This document shows, in pieces, positions 21,618-30,657 of a stretch of 64,000 bases of DNA. The position numbers were made by a program, and so were the translations under genes. This DNA is from Alphaproteobacteria bacterium (GTDB lineage: Bacteria; Pseudomonadota; Alphaproteobacteria; GCA-2731375), in the NCBI GenBank assembly GCA_965232515.1, contig CBDDPY010000002.1:3168001-3232000 (forward strand), read 5' to 3'. The notes under the pieces were generated by a model. The model worked only from the letters and a program-made list of their open reading frames with translations, ran no database searches and had not been told where the DNA came from. Position 1 is the stretch's first letter; every line of letters starts with the position of its first letter.

Positions 21618-22682
21618 ATGGGCGAGGCGCAGGCTGGCGTGCAGACCATGGCGGTGCGCGCGGCGCACCGGTTCGACGAGGCGGCGCTGCAACGATATCT
21701 GGCCCGGCATCTCGACGGCTTCGACGCGCCGCTGACGGTGCACCAATTCGGCGGCGGCCAGTCGAACCCCACGTTTCTGATTGCTGGCGCCGGCGGCCGC
21801 GAGGCCGTGCTGCGCAAGAAGCCACCGGGCGATCTGCTGCCGTCCGCGCATGCGGTCGACCGTGAGTATCGGGTAATCACGGCGCTGGCGGAGACCGGCG
21901 TGCCGGTGCCACGCACCTATCACCTGTGTGAAGACGATACGGTCATCGGCACCAGCTTCTTCGTGATGGAGCGGGTGCATGGCCGGGTGCTGCGGGATCC
22001 GCTGCTGCCCGAGTTCACGCCTGAGGAACGCCGGGCGCTCTACGACCATCTGGCCGAGGTGCTGGGCACGCTGCACAGCGTCGACGTCGCGGCTGTCGGC
22101 CTGTCGGACTACGGCCGGCCGGGCAACTACTTCGAGCGCCAGTTCCGCCGCTGGTCGAAACAGTATCGCGCGGCCCAGACCGACGACATTCCGGCGATGG
22201 AAAAGCTGATCGAATGGCTGCCCGAACACATGCCGGGCGCCGACGAGCCCGACATGGCCGCTGTTGTGCACGGCGACTATCGCATCGAGAACACCATCGT
22301 GCACCCGGACGAGCCGCGCATCGTCGCCGTGCTGGACTGGGAGCTGTCGACTCTGGGCCACCCATTCGCCGACCTCGCCGCCTGCTGCACCGGGCACCAT
22401 GCCGATGTGCACGGTCACGGCAGCTTCCGTGGCCTGGATTTGAAGGCGATGGGCCTGCCGGGCGAGCGGCAGTTTCTCGAACGCTATTGCCGCGCCGCCG
22501 GCCGCAGCGAAATCCCCGATCTGACCAACGCTATCGTCTTCGCCCTGTTCCGCTCGGCCGCCATCGTCCAAGGCGTCTACAAGCGCGGGCTCGACGGCAA
22601 CGCCAGCTCGGCCGATGCCGTCAAGTTCGGTGATTACGCCCGGTCGCTTGCCGAGCAGGGTTGGGCCTTGGTGGCGCGTTAG
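21618..22682 (+). CDS. APH-family phosphotransferase (ACAD10/11 kinase-domain-like)
   Basis: QFGGGQSNPTF, LRKKPPG.LLPSAHAVDREY, VHGDYRIEN, VLDWELSTLGHPFADLA. Confidence 0.88.
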   Translation: MGEAQAGVQTMAVRAAHRFDEAALQRYLARHLDGFDAPLTVHQFGGGQSNPTFLIAGAGGREAVLRKKPPGDLLPSAHAVDREYRVITALAETGVPVPRTYHLCEDDTVIGTSFFVMERVHGRVLRDPLLPEFTPEERRALYDHLAEVLGTLHSVDVAAVGLSDYGRPGNYFERQFRRWSKQYRAAQTDDIPAMEKLIEWLPEHMPGADEPDMAAVVHGDYRIENTIVHPDEPRIVAVLDWELSTLGHPFADLAACCTGHHADVHGHGSFRGLDLKAMGLPGERQFLERYCRAAGRSEIPDLTNAIVFALFRSAAIVQGVYKRGLDGNASSADAVKFGDYARSLAEQGWALVAR

Positions 22683-22686
22683 CGCG

Positions 22687-23271
22687 TCAGGCCGACTCCT
22701 TCACCTCGTCGACGCGGACGATCTGTTCGGCGACTTCGTCCAGCACGTTGGTCTGATCGAGCGTTCGGGCGATGATCATGGCGCCTTCGAGCGCCGACAG
22801 GATGCTGAGCGCGCGCTGGTGGCGCCTGCCAGAATCGGTGAGATCGGGATCCGTGGTGCGGCCCAGCACGGTCTCGAGCCAGTCGACGTTGCGCTGGAAG
22901 AACTGCTTGGCCTCGTCGGCGACGGAGAGCGGCAGGCTGGAGACCTCGGCCCCGAGAATGCCGCACAGGCACATCTGGCCGTCCTGCACCAGCGCATGGC
23001 GGAAGGCGTCGACATAGCGCGACAGCAACGTGGCCGGCGGCAGCGACGGATCGTCAGCGCCACCGATAGCGGTCAGAAACCGCTCGGTATAGCGTCGGGC
23101 GAGCGCCGCGCCGATGTCGGCCTTGGAGGCGAAATGCGCCAGCACGCCGGCGCTGTCCGTGCCGACCGATGCGGCGATGTCGTCGATGCTGAAACCGTTA
23201 TAGCCATCGCGACGGACGAAACGTTCCGTGGCGTCGAGAATTGCGTCGGCCGTGGCGGTGGCGGCGGTCAC
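22687..23271 (-). CDS. TetR-family regulator (Cys-containing, NemR-like)
   Basis: GYNGFSIDDIA...HFASK HTH and MCLCG motif; start uncertain (GTG 23271 or 23301). Confidence 0.82.
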   Translation of the reverse strand: MTAATATADAILDATERFVRRDGYNGFSIDDIAASVGTDSAGVLAHFASKADIGAALARRYTERFLTAIGGADDPSLPPATLLSRYVDAFRHALVQDGQMCLCGILGAEVSSLPLSVADEAKQFFQRNVDWLETVLGRTTDPDLTDSGRRHQRALSILSALEGAMIIARTLDQTNVLDEVAEQIVRVDEVKESA

Positions 23272-23516
23272 GGTTCGGTCCCCTGAGTCGACCGATTCCA
23301 ATGCGTCATTGATAGCAGGTATCGCCTTGCGGCGCGATACCTGCCGTCAAATTCAGGAGCACGCCACCCGCGCGGGTATCACGAAACAACTGAAACCATA
23401 TTCCGGCGGGCCGGACACAAGACAGAAAAGCCGCCGCACCAGATTAGCCTCGGGAGAACACGTGCATCGCAAGGCTGGCGCGTTGCCGTTGCGATCGACG
23501 AACCAGAGGTGGACTC

Positions 23517-24989
23517 ATGAACATCCGTCTGATCACCGCAACCGCGCTGGCGTTGCTGGGGCTGGCGGCCCTGGCCCAGGGCGGGACCGATCCGGCCGCC
23601 GGCATCGAGCCAGTGCGCGAAAGCGACTTCTACGACAACGGCCCGAACGCGAAGGCCAAGGTCGCGCTCGGCCGCATGCTGTTCTTCGACAAGATCCTGA
23701 GCGGCAACAAGAACATTTCCTGCGCCACGTGCCACCATCCGAACCTCGGCACGGCCGACGGCGTGGCGCTCTCCTTCGGCGAAGGCGCCACGGGGCTGGG
23801 CAAGGACCGCCACGTCACGGCGGCGACGCCGGTGCTGGGCCGCGTGCCGCGCAACGCGCAGGCGCTCTATTTCCTGGGCGCCATGGAATACACCAGCCTG
23901 TTCCACGACGGCCGCGTCGAGCGCGACGCCAACAACAACTGGCCGAGCGGCTTCTGGTCGCCCGCGCGCGAGCAGCTGCCGGCGGGCCTCGACAATGTGC
24001 TGGCCGTGCAGGCCATGTTCCCGGTGGTTTCCGATATCGAGATGGCCGGCCATAAGGGCGAGAACCCGATCGCCACGGCCTCGGCGCTCGACGAACTGGA
24101 CGGCCCCGACGGTCTCTGGGCGCTGCTGGCGCGGCGGCTGCAGGCGATCCCGGAATATGTCGAGATGTTCATGGCGGCCTATCCGGACCAGGTGAAAACC
24201 GCCAACGACGTCACCTTCGTACACGCGGCGAACGCGATCGCGGCGTTCGAGAACGCCGCCTTCCGGCCCGACCATAGTCCGTTCGACCGCTATCTGCGGA
24301 CGCGAAACGCCAACCTGCTGAGCCGGCCGGCACGGCGGGGCATGGAACTGTTCTACGGCGAGGCCGGTTGCGGCGACTGCCACAGCGGCAAGTTCCAGAC
24401 CGACCAGCAGTTCCACGCCGTCGCCATGCCGCAGATCGGACCCGGCAAGAACGACGGTTTCGACCGCTCCTATTGGCGGGCGACGGGCTTCATGGGCCGA
24501 CTGGAAGATGCCGGCCGCTACCGGGTGACGTTTCGGCCGGAAGACAAGTACCGTTTCCGCACGCCGTCCCTGCGCAATGTCGAGCTGACCGGCCCGTGGG
24601 GCCATGCCGGGACCTATGACAGCCTGGAAGACGTGGTGCGGCACCATCTGGACCCGGCGTCGGCGCTCGCCGCTTATGACGCGCGCCAGGCCCGTTTGCC
24701 GGAACTCGCGCATGTCGTCGAGCGGACAGCCATCGGTTCGCAACTGCTCTACCGGCCGGTCAATCCGGCGCGGCTCGACGACTATCTGCGCCGCGACAAT
24801 TGGGTGCAGCAGACGCCGGTCCTGCGCCAGGCCATCGCACGGGCGAACGAGCTGCCGCCACGCCGGCTGAACGACGCCCAGGTCGACGACATCGTCGCCT
24901 TCCTGAAGGCGCTGACAGATCCCCGTAGTCGCGACCGCAGCGACCTGGTGCCCGAGCGGGTACCGAGCGGTCTGCCGGTCGCGGATTGA
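23517..24989 (+). CDS. Periplasmic diheme cytochrome c peroxidase / MauG superfamily protein
   Basis: Signal peptide; LGRMLFFDKILSG..ISCATCHHP; second heme motif CGDCH; FRTPSLRNV.LTGPWGHAG; VAFLKALTD; VPSGLPV tail. Confidence 0.9.
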   Translation: MNIRLITATALALLGLAALAQGGTDPAAGIEPVRESDFYDNGPNAKAKVALGRMLFFDKILSGNKNISCATCHHPNLGTADGVALSFGEGATGLGKDRHVTAATPVLGRVPRNAQALYFLGAMEYTSLFHDGRVERDANNNWPSGFWSPAREQLPAGLDNVLAVQAMFPVVSDIEMAGHKGENPIATASALDELDGPDGLWALLARRLQAIPEYVEMFMAAYPDQVKTANDVTFVHAANAIAAFENAAFRPDHSPFDRYLRTRNANLLSRPARRGMELFYGEAGCGDCHSGKFQTDQQFHAVAMPQIGPGKNDGFDRSYWRATGFMGRLEDAGRYRVTFRPEDKYRFRTPSLRNVELTGPWGHAGTYDSLEDVVRHHLDPASALAAYDARQARLPELAHVVERTAIGSQLLYRPVNPARLDDYLRRDNWVQQTPVLRQAIARANELPPRRLNDAQVDDIVAFLKALTDPRSRDRSDLVPERVPSGLPVAD

Positions 24990-25023
24990 CACGACGTTTG
25001 ATCAGGAGAAGGAGGAACGTCTG

Positions 25024-25800
25024 ATGACAACGAAACGAACATTGCTGATCGCGGCCGCGACCTCGGCCCTCGGCTTTGCGCTGGTCGGTTATGCGCTGGC
25101 GAACGCCGGCGGCATCGCCGCCACGGCCGGCGGCGCGACAGCCGCGGCGGCGGCCGCCAAGACCTATGACGCGCCGGTCAGCATCGATCTGAGCTTTCTG
25201 TTCCATATCGACGAGGAACTGCCGGAGCAGGACGTCTTCGTCGAGCGCGTGCCGGGCTCGGGCCTGGTCTACCGGCCGACGGCGGCGACCCGGGACATGA
25301 ACCTGCCGCTCTACGCCACGGCCGAGCCGGTCGAGCACACGCCGTTCGAGCCGGACAATCTGGGTCCGTGGAAGAAGGGCAAGGCGCTGGGCGTGACGCT
25401 GGGTCAGTGGTTCGCCGCCAAGGGCAAGGGCAAATACACCTGCACCAATGGTCAAGGCCATCTGCGCGTCGACTTCACCGACCTGGTGCCGAACGGGACC
25501 TACACCATGTGGCACGACTTCTTCGCCTGGCCGCCGACCGAGCCATTCACCGGTACCTACGATCTGCCGCTGGGCGCGCGCGACGGTTCGGAGTCGGTGT
25601 TCAAGACCGACGCCAAGGGCCATGCCGTTGTCGAACGCAGCTTCAAACCGTGCCTGCAACTGACGGGCGAGCATCTGATGGCGGAACTGGCCATCGCCTG
25701 GCACAGCGACGGCAAAACCTACGGCCACCTGCCCGGGCCGTTCGCCTCGAACACGCACGTGCATATGTATACCGGTCTGCCGAAGCGCGCCGGTATCTGA
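25024..25800 (+). CDS. Secreted His/Trp-rich protein of unknown function
   Basis: Strong RBS (GGAGAAGGAGG), signal peptide, 34 bp after the peroxidase gene; YTMWH, AWHSDG and THVH motifs. Confidence 0.8.
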   Translation: MTTKRTLLIAAATSALGFALVGYALANAGGIAATAGGATAAAAAAKTYDAPVSIDLSFLFHIDEELPEQDVFVERVPGSGLVYRPTAATRDMNLPLYATAEPVEHTPFEPDNLGPWKKGKALGVTLGQWFAAKGKGKYTCTNGQGHLRVDFTDLVPNGTYTMWHDFFAWPPTEPFTGTYDLPLGARDGSESVFKTDAKGHAVVERSFKPCLQLTGEHLMAELAIAWHSDGKTYGHLPGPFASNTHVHMYTGLPKRAGI

Positions 25801-25823
25801 GGTCAATTGTTCGCTTTTAACGC

Positions 25824-26546
25824 TTAACCGGTATCGGCCGGGCCGCGTTCGCGCGGCTCGGCCGTCGGCCGTTCGCCGGCCACTTCCAGGAGCAGCTTCT
25901 TCAGGATCGCCGCCTCGAAGTCGTCGAAGTCGTCGGCCTCGATGACGAAGCCGTTCGACGTGCGCACGTTCTGACGGTAGAAGTCGCCGACATCGGGATC
26001 GTATTTCAGGATCGCCAGCGCGTTGATGGTGATGCCGAGCTGCTCGGCCAGCGCCACCGCCTGCTTCGGTCCCGGCCCGTCATTGTTCTCGCCGTCGCCC
26101 GACACGTCGATCACCTGCCGGTGCGCGGGGATGCCGCTGGTCTCGAGCAGGTTCATGGCGAAATCGAGCGCGGCGCCGACCGCCGTAAGCCCGGTCAGGC
26201 GCGTTTTCGCCGATCCTTCCAGCCGCCGCGCCGCAGCTTCTGCATCGCGCGCGTTCAGCAGCCGGGTCCAGGGCAGGATCACGGTCTGCTTCTTCGACGC
26301 GGAAAACAGGAACGCGGTGACGGCGATGCCGCCCGGCTGATTCTCCAGCCAATCGACGAAGCGGTCGGATGTCAGCGCCCGGCGGATGCCCCGCATCTGC
26401 AGCTCGTAGTCCGGTTGCTTGATGCTGCTGGAATCGTCGATCGCCAGGACCAGGCTGATCGAGACCGTGTCTTCCGCCCGCGCCGGGCCGACGGCCAGGC
26501 ACAGCAGCAGAAACGCGAACCGCAACAGCGAGCGACATCTAATCAT
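25824..26546 (-). CDS. DUF1194-like secreted vWA-domain protein
   Basis: Signal peptide; LVLAIDDSSSI (MIDAS DxSxS), TAVGAAL, VIDVSGDGENN, ITINALAI, F..AI.KKLL.E. Confidence 0.8.
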   Translation of the reverse strand: MIRCRSLLRFAFLLLCLAVGPARAEDTVSISLVLAIDDSSSIKQPDYELQMRGIRRALTSDRFVDWLENQPGGIAVTAFLFSASKKQTVILPWTRLLNARDAEAAARRLEGSAKTRLTGLTAVGAALDFAMNLLETSGIPAHRQVIDVSGDGENNDGPGPKQAVALAEQLGITINALAILKYDPDVGDFYRQNVRTSNGFVIEADDFDDFEAAILKKLLLEVAGERPTAEPRERGPADTG

Positions 26547-26651
26547 GCGACGTGCCTTTCGAATCGGCCGCCTCGCGCGAGACGGTACCCCGCAACGCAT
26601 CGGCACGGTAGAGTCCAATTCATTAACGATATCTCAACGGGGAGGGAAACG

Positions 26652-27170
26652 TTGACGCGACAACAGACTGCGTGGCCTGAAAGGGACGCCGCCGGACGGC
26701 GTTCAAGTTGGGGGTTGGCAGGCCTGTTGATCATTTTTCACAGCGTGCTGGCGGCAGCGCCGTCAGACGCGAACGACCGGGGCAAGGCGGTTTACAAGAA
26801 GGCGAACTGCGTCGGCTGCCATAAATGGCACGGCGCGGGCGGCGGCGGATATGGCGGCGCCGCGCTGTCCTTGCGCGAAATGGAACTGACGCGCGAGCAG
26901 TTTCTAGAAGTGGTGCGCTGCGGCCGGCCGGCGACGCGCATGCCGTACCACGACCGACGCGCCTGGAAGAAACAGATGCCGTGCTTCGAGATGACCCGGC
27001 AGGAGATCGGCAGCGACGCACCGCCGAAGGCCGCGAAGCTGCTGCGGCCGGAAGAGATCGAGGCCGTCGCCGACTATGTCTACGCGGCTGTCGTGGGCAA
27101 AGGCGATCCGACGAAGGCCGAGTGCGTGGCCTTTTGGGGTGAAGACGCCCGCGAGTGCAAACGCTTCTGA
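26652..27170 (+). CDS. Monoheme periplasmic cytochrome c
   Basis: TTG start after a GGAGGG RBS, signal peptide, CVGCH, distal MPY; the upstream part of ORF 26121 is spurious. Confidence 0.8.
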   Translation: MTRQQTAWPERDAAGRRSSWGLAGLLIIFHSVLAAAPSDANDRGKAVYKKANCVGCHKWHGAGGGGYGGAALSLREMELTREQFLEVVRCGRPATRMPYHDRRAWKKQMPCFEMTRQEIGSDAPPKAAKLLRPEEIEAVADYVYAAVVGKGDPTKAECVAFWGEDARECKRF

Positions 27171-27202
27171 CGGCGACCGCCACGGTGCGTGAACCGAAAA
27201 AG

Positions 27203-27233
27203 AAAAGGCGGGCCTTTCGGCCCGCCCTTTTTT
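27203..27233. terminator. Bidirectional Rho-independent terminator
   Basis: AAAAGGCGGGCC-TTTC-GGCCCGCCCTTTTTT between convergent genes. Confidence 0.85.
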
Positions 27234-27240
27234 CAGGTGA

Positions 27241-29019
27241 TTACAGGGAGAACACGAACAGCATGGAGCTCGGCTCCATCTTCTCGAGTCCCTTGGTGCT
27301 GTCGACGAACCATTTCGGCCAGGCGCCGCCCAGACCGACCAGGATCGCGACGTACTGCTTGCCGTTGATGCTGTAGGTCATCGGCGGCGCGTTGACACCG
27401 GCATTGGTCTCGAAGCGCCAGAGCTCGGTGAGGTTCTCGGCGTCGAGCGCCAGGATCTCGCCCGAGGGATGCGCGGTGAACACGAGGCCGCCGGCTGTCG
27501 CCAGCGTGCCGCCCAGCATCGGATACTTGGTGCGGTACTTGGCCTTGACGTCGCCGGTGTTGACGTCGATGGCGGCGATGCTGCCGTAGATCGGCTCATG
27601 CTGCCGCGGCCCGCCGCCGGTGAAGAATTCCCGCGGCTTGTAGGACTCGCCGGGGATCATCTCTTCGTTGGTCATCTCGTTACAGCTCTCGATGACCGGG
27701 ATGTAGTAGAGATTGAGCTCCGGGTTGTAGGACGTCGGCGGCCAGTTCTTGCCGCCCATGTTGCCGGGGCAGGACACGCCGACCTTGTTCGAGCGGCTGG
27801 GCGCGGTGCCCGGCGCGTAGCTCTGGATCTTCGAGTCCGGGTCGTAGTTCACCGGAATGCCCGTCTTCGGATCGAGCGATGGCGTCCAGGTGATGCGGTC
27901 GACGAACGGCTTGCCCCAGAGGAACTCGCCGGTGGCGCGGTCGAGCGCATAGGCAAAGCCGTTGCGATCGGCATGCAGCACGACCTTGCGCTGCTGGCCA
28001 TTGACCATGGCGTCGGCAAACACCTGCTCGTTCACGCCGTCATAGTCGTAGGGGTCGTTCGGCGTGTACTGGAAGTGCCACTTCAGCTCGCCGGTATCGG
28101 CGTCGAGCGCGACGGCACTGTTGGTGTAGAGGTTGTCGCCGGGCCGGTATTCGGCGTCCCAATCCGGTCCCGGATTGCCGACGCCCCAGATGATCAGATC
28201 GGTGTCGGGATCGTAGGAGCCGGTGACCCAGGTCGAGCCGCCGCCGTTCTTCCAGGCGTCGTGCGTGGTCGGCCAGGTGTCGTGACCGGGCTCGCCGGGT
28301 CCCGGAATGGTATGAAAGCGCCACTTCTCCTCGCCGTTGTTGAGGTCGGTGGCGGCGATCCAGCCGCGGATGCCGTATTCGGCGCCGGCCGTGCCGGTGA
28401 TCGCCATGTCCTTCACGATCAGCGGCGCGCCGGTGATGGTCTCGGCGATTTCCGGGTTGGCGACCTTGCGCTCCCAGTCGACCTCGCCGGTGGCCTTGTC
28501 GGTCATAATCAGCCGGCCGTCGAGCGTGTGGCTCAACACCTTGTCGCGCCACAGGCCGACGCCGCGGTTGTTGACGCCGCAACAGGCGACGTTGCCGGCC
28601 CAGTCCTTGTCGGTGTCTGGATCCATTTTCCAGACCAGCCGGCCGATGCCGTTGCGAATGTCGAGCTTGTAGACCGAGCCCCAGCCGTCGGTGACGTACA
28701 TGAAGCCGTCCTCGACGATGGGCGTGCCCTCGAGGCCGCCGTGCGGCCAGATGCCGCCGCCCTCGATGCCGCCCATGGCGTATGTCCAGGCGAGCCTCAG
28801 CTCGCCGACGGTCTCGCGGTTGATCTCGTCCAACGTGGAATAACGCTGCGACGCGAAGCTGCCGTGGTGGGTGAGCCAGTTCTGCGGTTCTTTCGCCGCG
28901 TCGAGCAGGCGTTGCATCGTGGTATCGCCATCGGCCGAGGCCGGCGCGGCGAGCGCGCAAAGCAGGAACGTTGCGGAAGCGCCCAGCACGGCACGCTTCC
29001 AACCTTTGTTGGCATACAT
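27241..29019 (-). CDS. PQQ-dependent alcohol dehydrogenase (methanol/ethanol family) with lanthanide-type active site
   Basis: Signal peptide, vicinal CC (ACCGVNNRG), GAEYGIRG, WGVGNPGP, TPNDPYDYDGVNE, GGKNW, W-docking repeats. Confidence 0.9.
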   Translation of the reverse strand: MYANKGWKRAVLGASATFLLCALAAPASADGDTTMQRLLDAAKEPQNWLTHHGSFASQRYSTLDEINRETVGELRLAWTYAMGGIEGGGIWPHGGLEGTPIVEDGFMYVTDGWGSVYKLDIRNGIGRLVWKMDPDTDKDWAGNVACCGVNNRGVGLWRDKVLSHTLDGRLIMTDKATGEVDWERKVANPEIAETITGAPLIVKDMAITGTAGAEYGIRGWIAATDLNNGEEKWRFHTIPGPGEPGHDTWPTTHDAWKNGGGSTWVTGSYDPDTDLIIWGVGNPGPDWDAEYRPGDNLYTNSAVALDADTGELKWHFQYTPNDPYDYDGVNEQVFADAMVNGQQRKVVLHADRNGFAYALDRATGEFLWGKPFVDRITWTPSLDPKTGIPVNYDPDSKIQSYAPGTAPSRSNKVGVSCPGNMGGKNWPPTSYNPELNLYYIPVIESCNEMTNEEMIPGESYKPREFFTGGGPRQHEPIYGSIAAIDVNTGDVKAKYRTKYPMLGGTLATAGGLVFTAHPSGEILALDAENLTELWRFETNAGVNAPPMTYSINGKQYVAILVGLGGAWPKWFVDSTKGLEKMEPSSMLFVFSL

Positions 29020-29120
29020 GGCAAAATTTCCTCACGCTTGACGGCGGGGCGCCGGCCCCGTCGATATGTCCCGGATATGGAGGAGGCCGCGACGCGCGCG
29101 GCCTCAGGACTGTTTAAGCG

Positions 29121-29198
29121 CTACAGGACCGCGCAGGCGTAGCAGTTGATCTCCATGCCAACGCTGATCTCGCGGATTTTCGGTTTGCACCAACGCAT
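29121..29198 (-). CDS. pqqA: PQQ precursor peptide PqqA (25 aa)
   Basis: Manual translation MRWCKPKIREISVGMEINCYACAVL*; MxWxKP leader and ExxxY core; GGAGGG RBS; below the ORF-track size cutoff. Confidence 0.9.
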   Translation of the reverse strand: MRWCKPKIREISVGMEINCYACAVL

Positions 29199-29407
29199 AG
29201 TTCCCTCCCTCATTCAGGTTCATTTGGGAACGGCGGGGCGTGGCCCTCTTACCCTCAACCCGGCACACGCCTCGGCGTCGCGGACAAGCTTAGGGACATC
29301 GGCGGCGCGCTGCAACGACATCGAACGGCCGGCCGTTGACGCATTGCGCCGGCCTCATGTTACGGTCGGCATCTTCGCGAACGGCATCGATCGACCGGAG
29401 GCGCGAC

Positions 29408-29800
29408 ATGGCCGACATCCGATGTGGCTTGCGTATCGCCGTCCTGCTGCTGGCAACGTCGTTCTGCCTGACCGCCAGCGCCCACAACAATCCCAGCTTC
29501 CGCAAGGAGTTCCTGCTGACCGTGACCGTACCGCCGACGCCGAACGGCGATGGCGTGCACCTTGAGGTCGGACCACTCGAGGTCCCGAAGAAGGCGATCG
29601 AATTGCTGTTCACGGTGCTGTCGGCACAGAAGGCCGCGATCCGTTTCGACGTCGTCGGCGCCGACCGGGTGCTGGGCGAGAAGGTCCAGGACGGCGGCAA
29701 GGCGCGGCTGGTGCTGCCAGCGACGTTCACGATCCAAAACGTCAGCGGCGCGACGGCGCCGTTCGAGCTGGAGATCTACGCCAACGTGATTGATCGCTGA
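29408..29800 (+). CDS. Secreted hypothetical protein
   Basis: GGAGG RBS before ATG 29408, signal peptide ending ASA, beta-rich mature part. Confidence 0.7.
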   Translation: MADIRCGLRIAVLLLATSFCLTASAHNNPSFRKEFLLTVTVPPTPNGDGVHLEVGPLEVPKKAIELLFTVLSAQKAAIRFDVVGADRVLGEKVQDGGKARLVLPATFTIQNVSGATAPFELEIYANVIDR

Positions 29801-29847
29801 GCGGCGCGAACCTGAGGCTCTTTGTTTCGAGTCCAGTGCGGGTTGCC

Positions 29848-29937
29848 CTGGATTGCCGGGTCGGAGCCCGGCAATGACGATAGTTGTGTCAACCCGTCCC
29901 ATCCTTCGTCATGCCCGTGCTCGACACGGGTATCCAG
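29848..29937. repeat. Pair of inverted REP-like palindromes
   Basis: CTGGATTGCCGGGTCGGAGCCCGGCAATGAC (29848-29878) and GTCATGCCCGTGCTCGACACGGGTATCCAG (29908-29937); GTCAT...ATCCA pattern. Confidence 0.7.
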
Positions 29938-29973
29938 GGGCCGACCGAACGGACAGCAGCCACAACCGGATCG

Positions 29974-30657
29974 TCAGTCGGCGATGCCTTTCTGGTAGAT
30001 GGCGACGCGGGTTTCGTTGACGAAGTCTTCCAAGTCCTGGCCTGGCTCGCGGTAGAGCTTGGTCGTCATGAAAATCGTGCGGTCGGTCAGCTCCTGCCGG
30101 CACTCTTCATTGATGTAGACGCCGCCGACGGGGCTGAGCTTGTCTGCGCCGGCGACCTTTTGGCATTGCCAGGGCATGTCGCCGTATTGCCGCTTGACCC
30201 GCTGGCCGAGCAGATAGGCTTTCTTCTTGAAGAATTCGCTGGCCGTCGGATCGGTGCGGTACTTGATGCCGGCGACGGCGCCGGCCTCGTCGATCAACAG
30301 CGACAGCCAGACCCGGTGGCCGGCGACCTTGGTGCCGAGCCATTTGCGGGAGTAGGCCGTCACTTCATGGTCGGGTCGTTTGTAGTCGAAGCGCACCTCG
30401 TGCAGGCCGCGGTCGTTGGGCGGACAGGCCGCGAAGTCAACCCAGGACGTCAGCTTGATATCCGTCCGGGCGCCGTCGGCGGCGCAGGCGAAGGCGTAAT
30501 AGTCGTCGGTCGAGAGCGATCGGACGTCCTGGCCGATCCGGAACTCGCGAACATCGCCGCCGTTTTCCGCGCTGGCGCCTGTGATGCCCATCAGGACGGC
30601 CGCGCCGGTGAAAAGCGCAATCAATGTCGATCGGCGCCGTGGTTGTGCTGCCTGCAT
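29974..30657 (-). CDS. Secreted Cys-containing hypothetical protein
   Basis: Signal peptide after ATG 30657, GGGAGGG upstream, protein-like composition, four Cys in the mature region. Confidence 0.7.
   Translation of the reverse strand: MQAAQPRRRSTLIALFTGAAVLMGITGASAENGGDVREFRIGQDVRSLSTDDYYAFACAADGARTDIKLTSWVDFAACPPNDRGLHEVRFDYKRPDHEVTAYSRKWLGTKVAGHRVWLSLLIDEAGAVAGIKYRTDPTASEFFKKKAYLLGQRVKRQYGDMPWQCQKVAGADKLSPVGGVYINEECRQELTDRTIFMTTKLYREPGQDLEDFVNETRVAIYQKGIAD

Noticed and set aside
27241-29019. Naming the dehydrogenase xoxF, mxaF or exaF/pedH
   Set aside because: Family motifs are clear but clade-specific identity is not; no mxaI or xoxJ nearby.
29232-29272. Hairpin upstream of pqqA as a riboswitch
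   Set aside because: A single GC-rich stem with no recognisable aptamer consensus; insufficient support.
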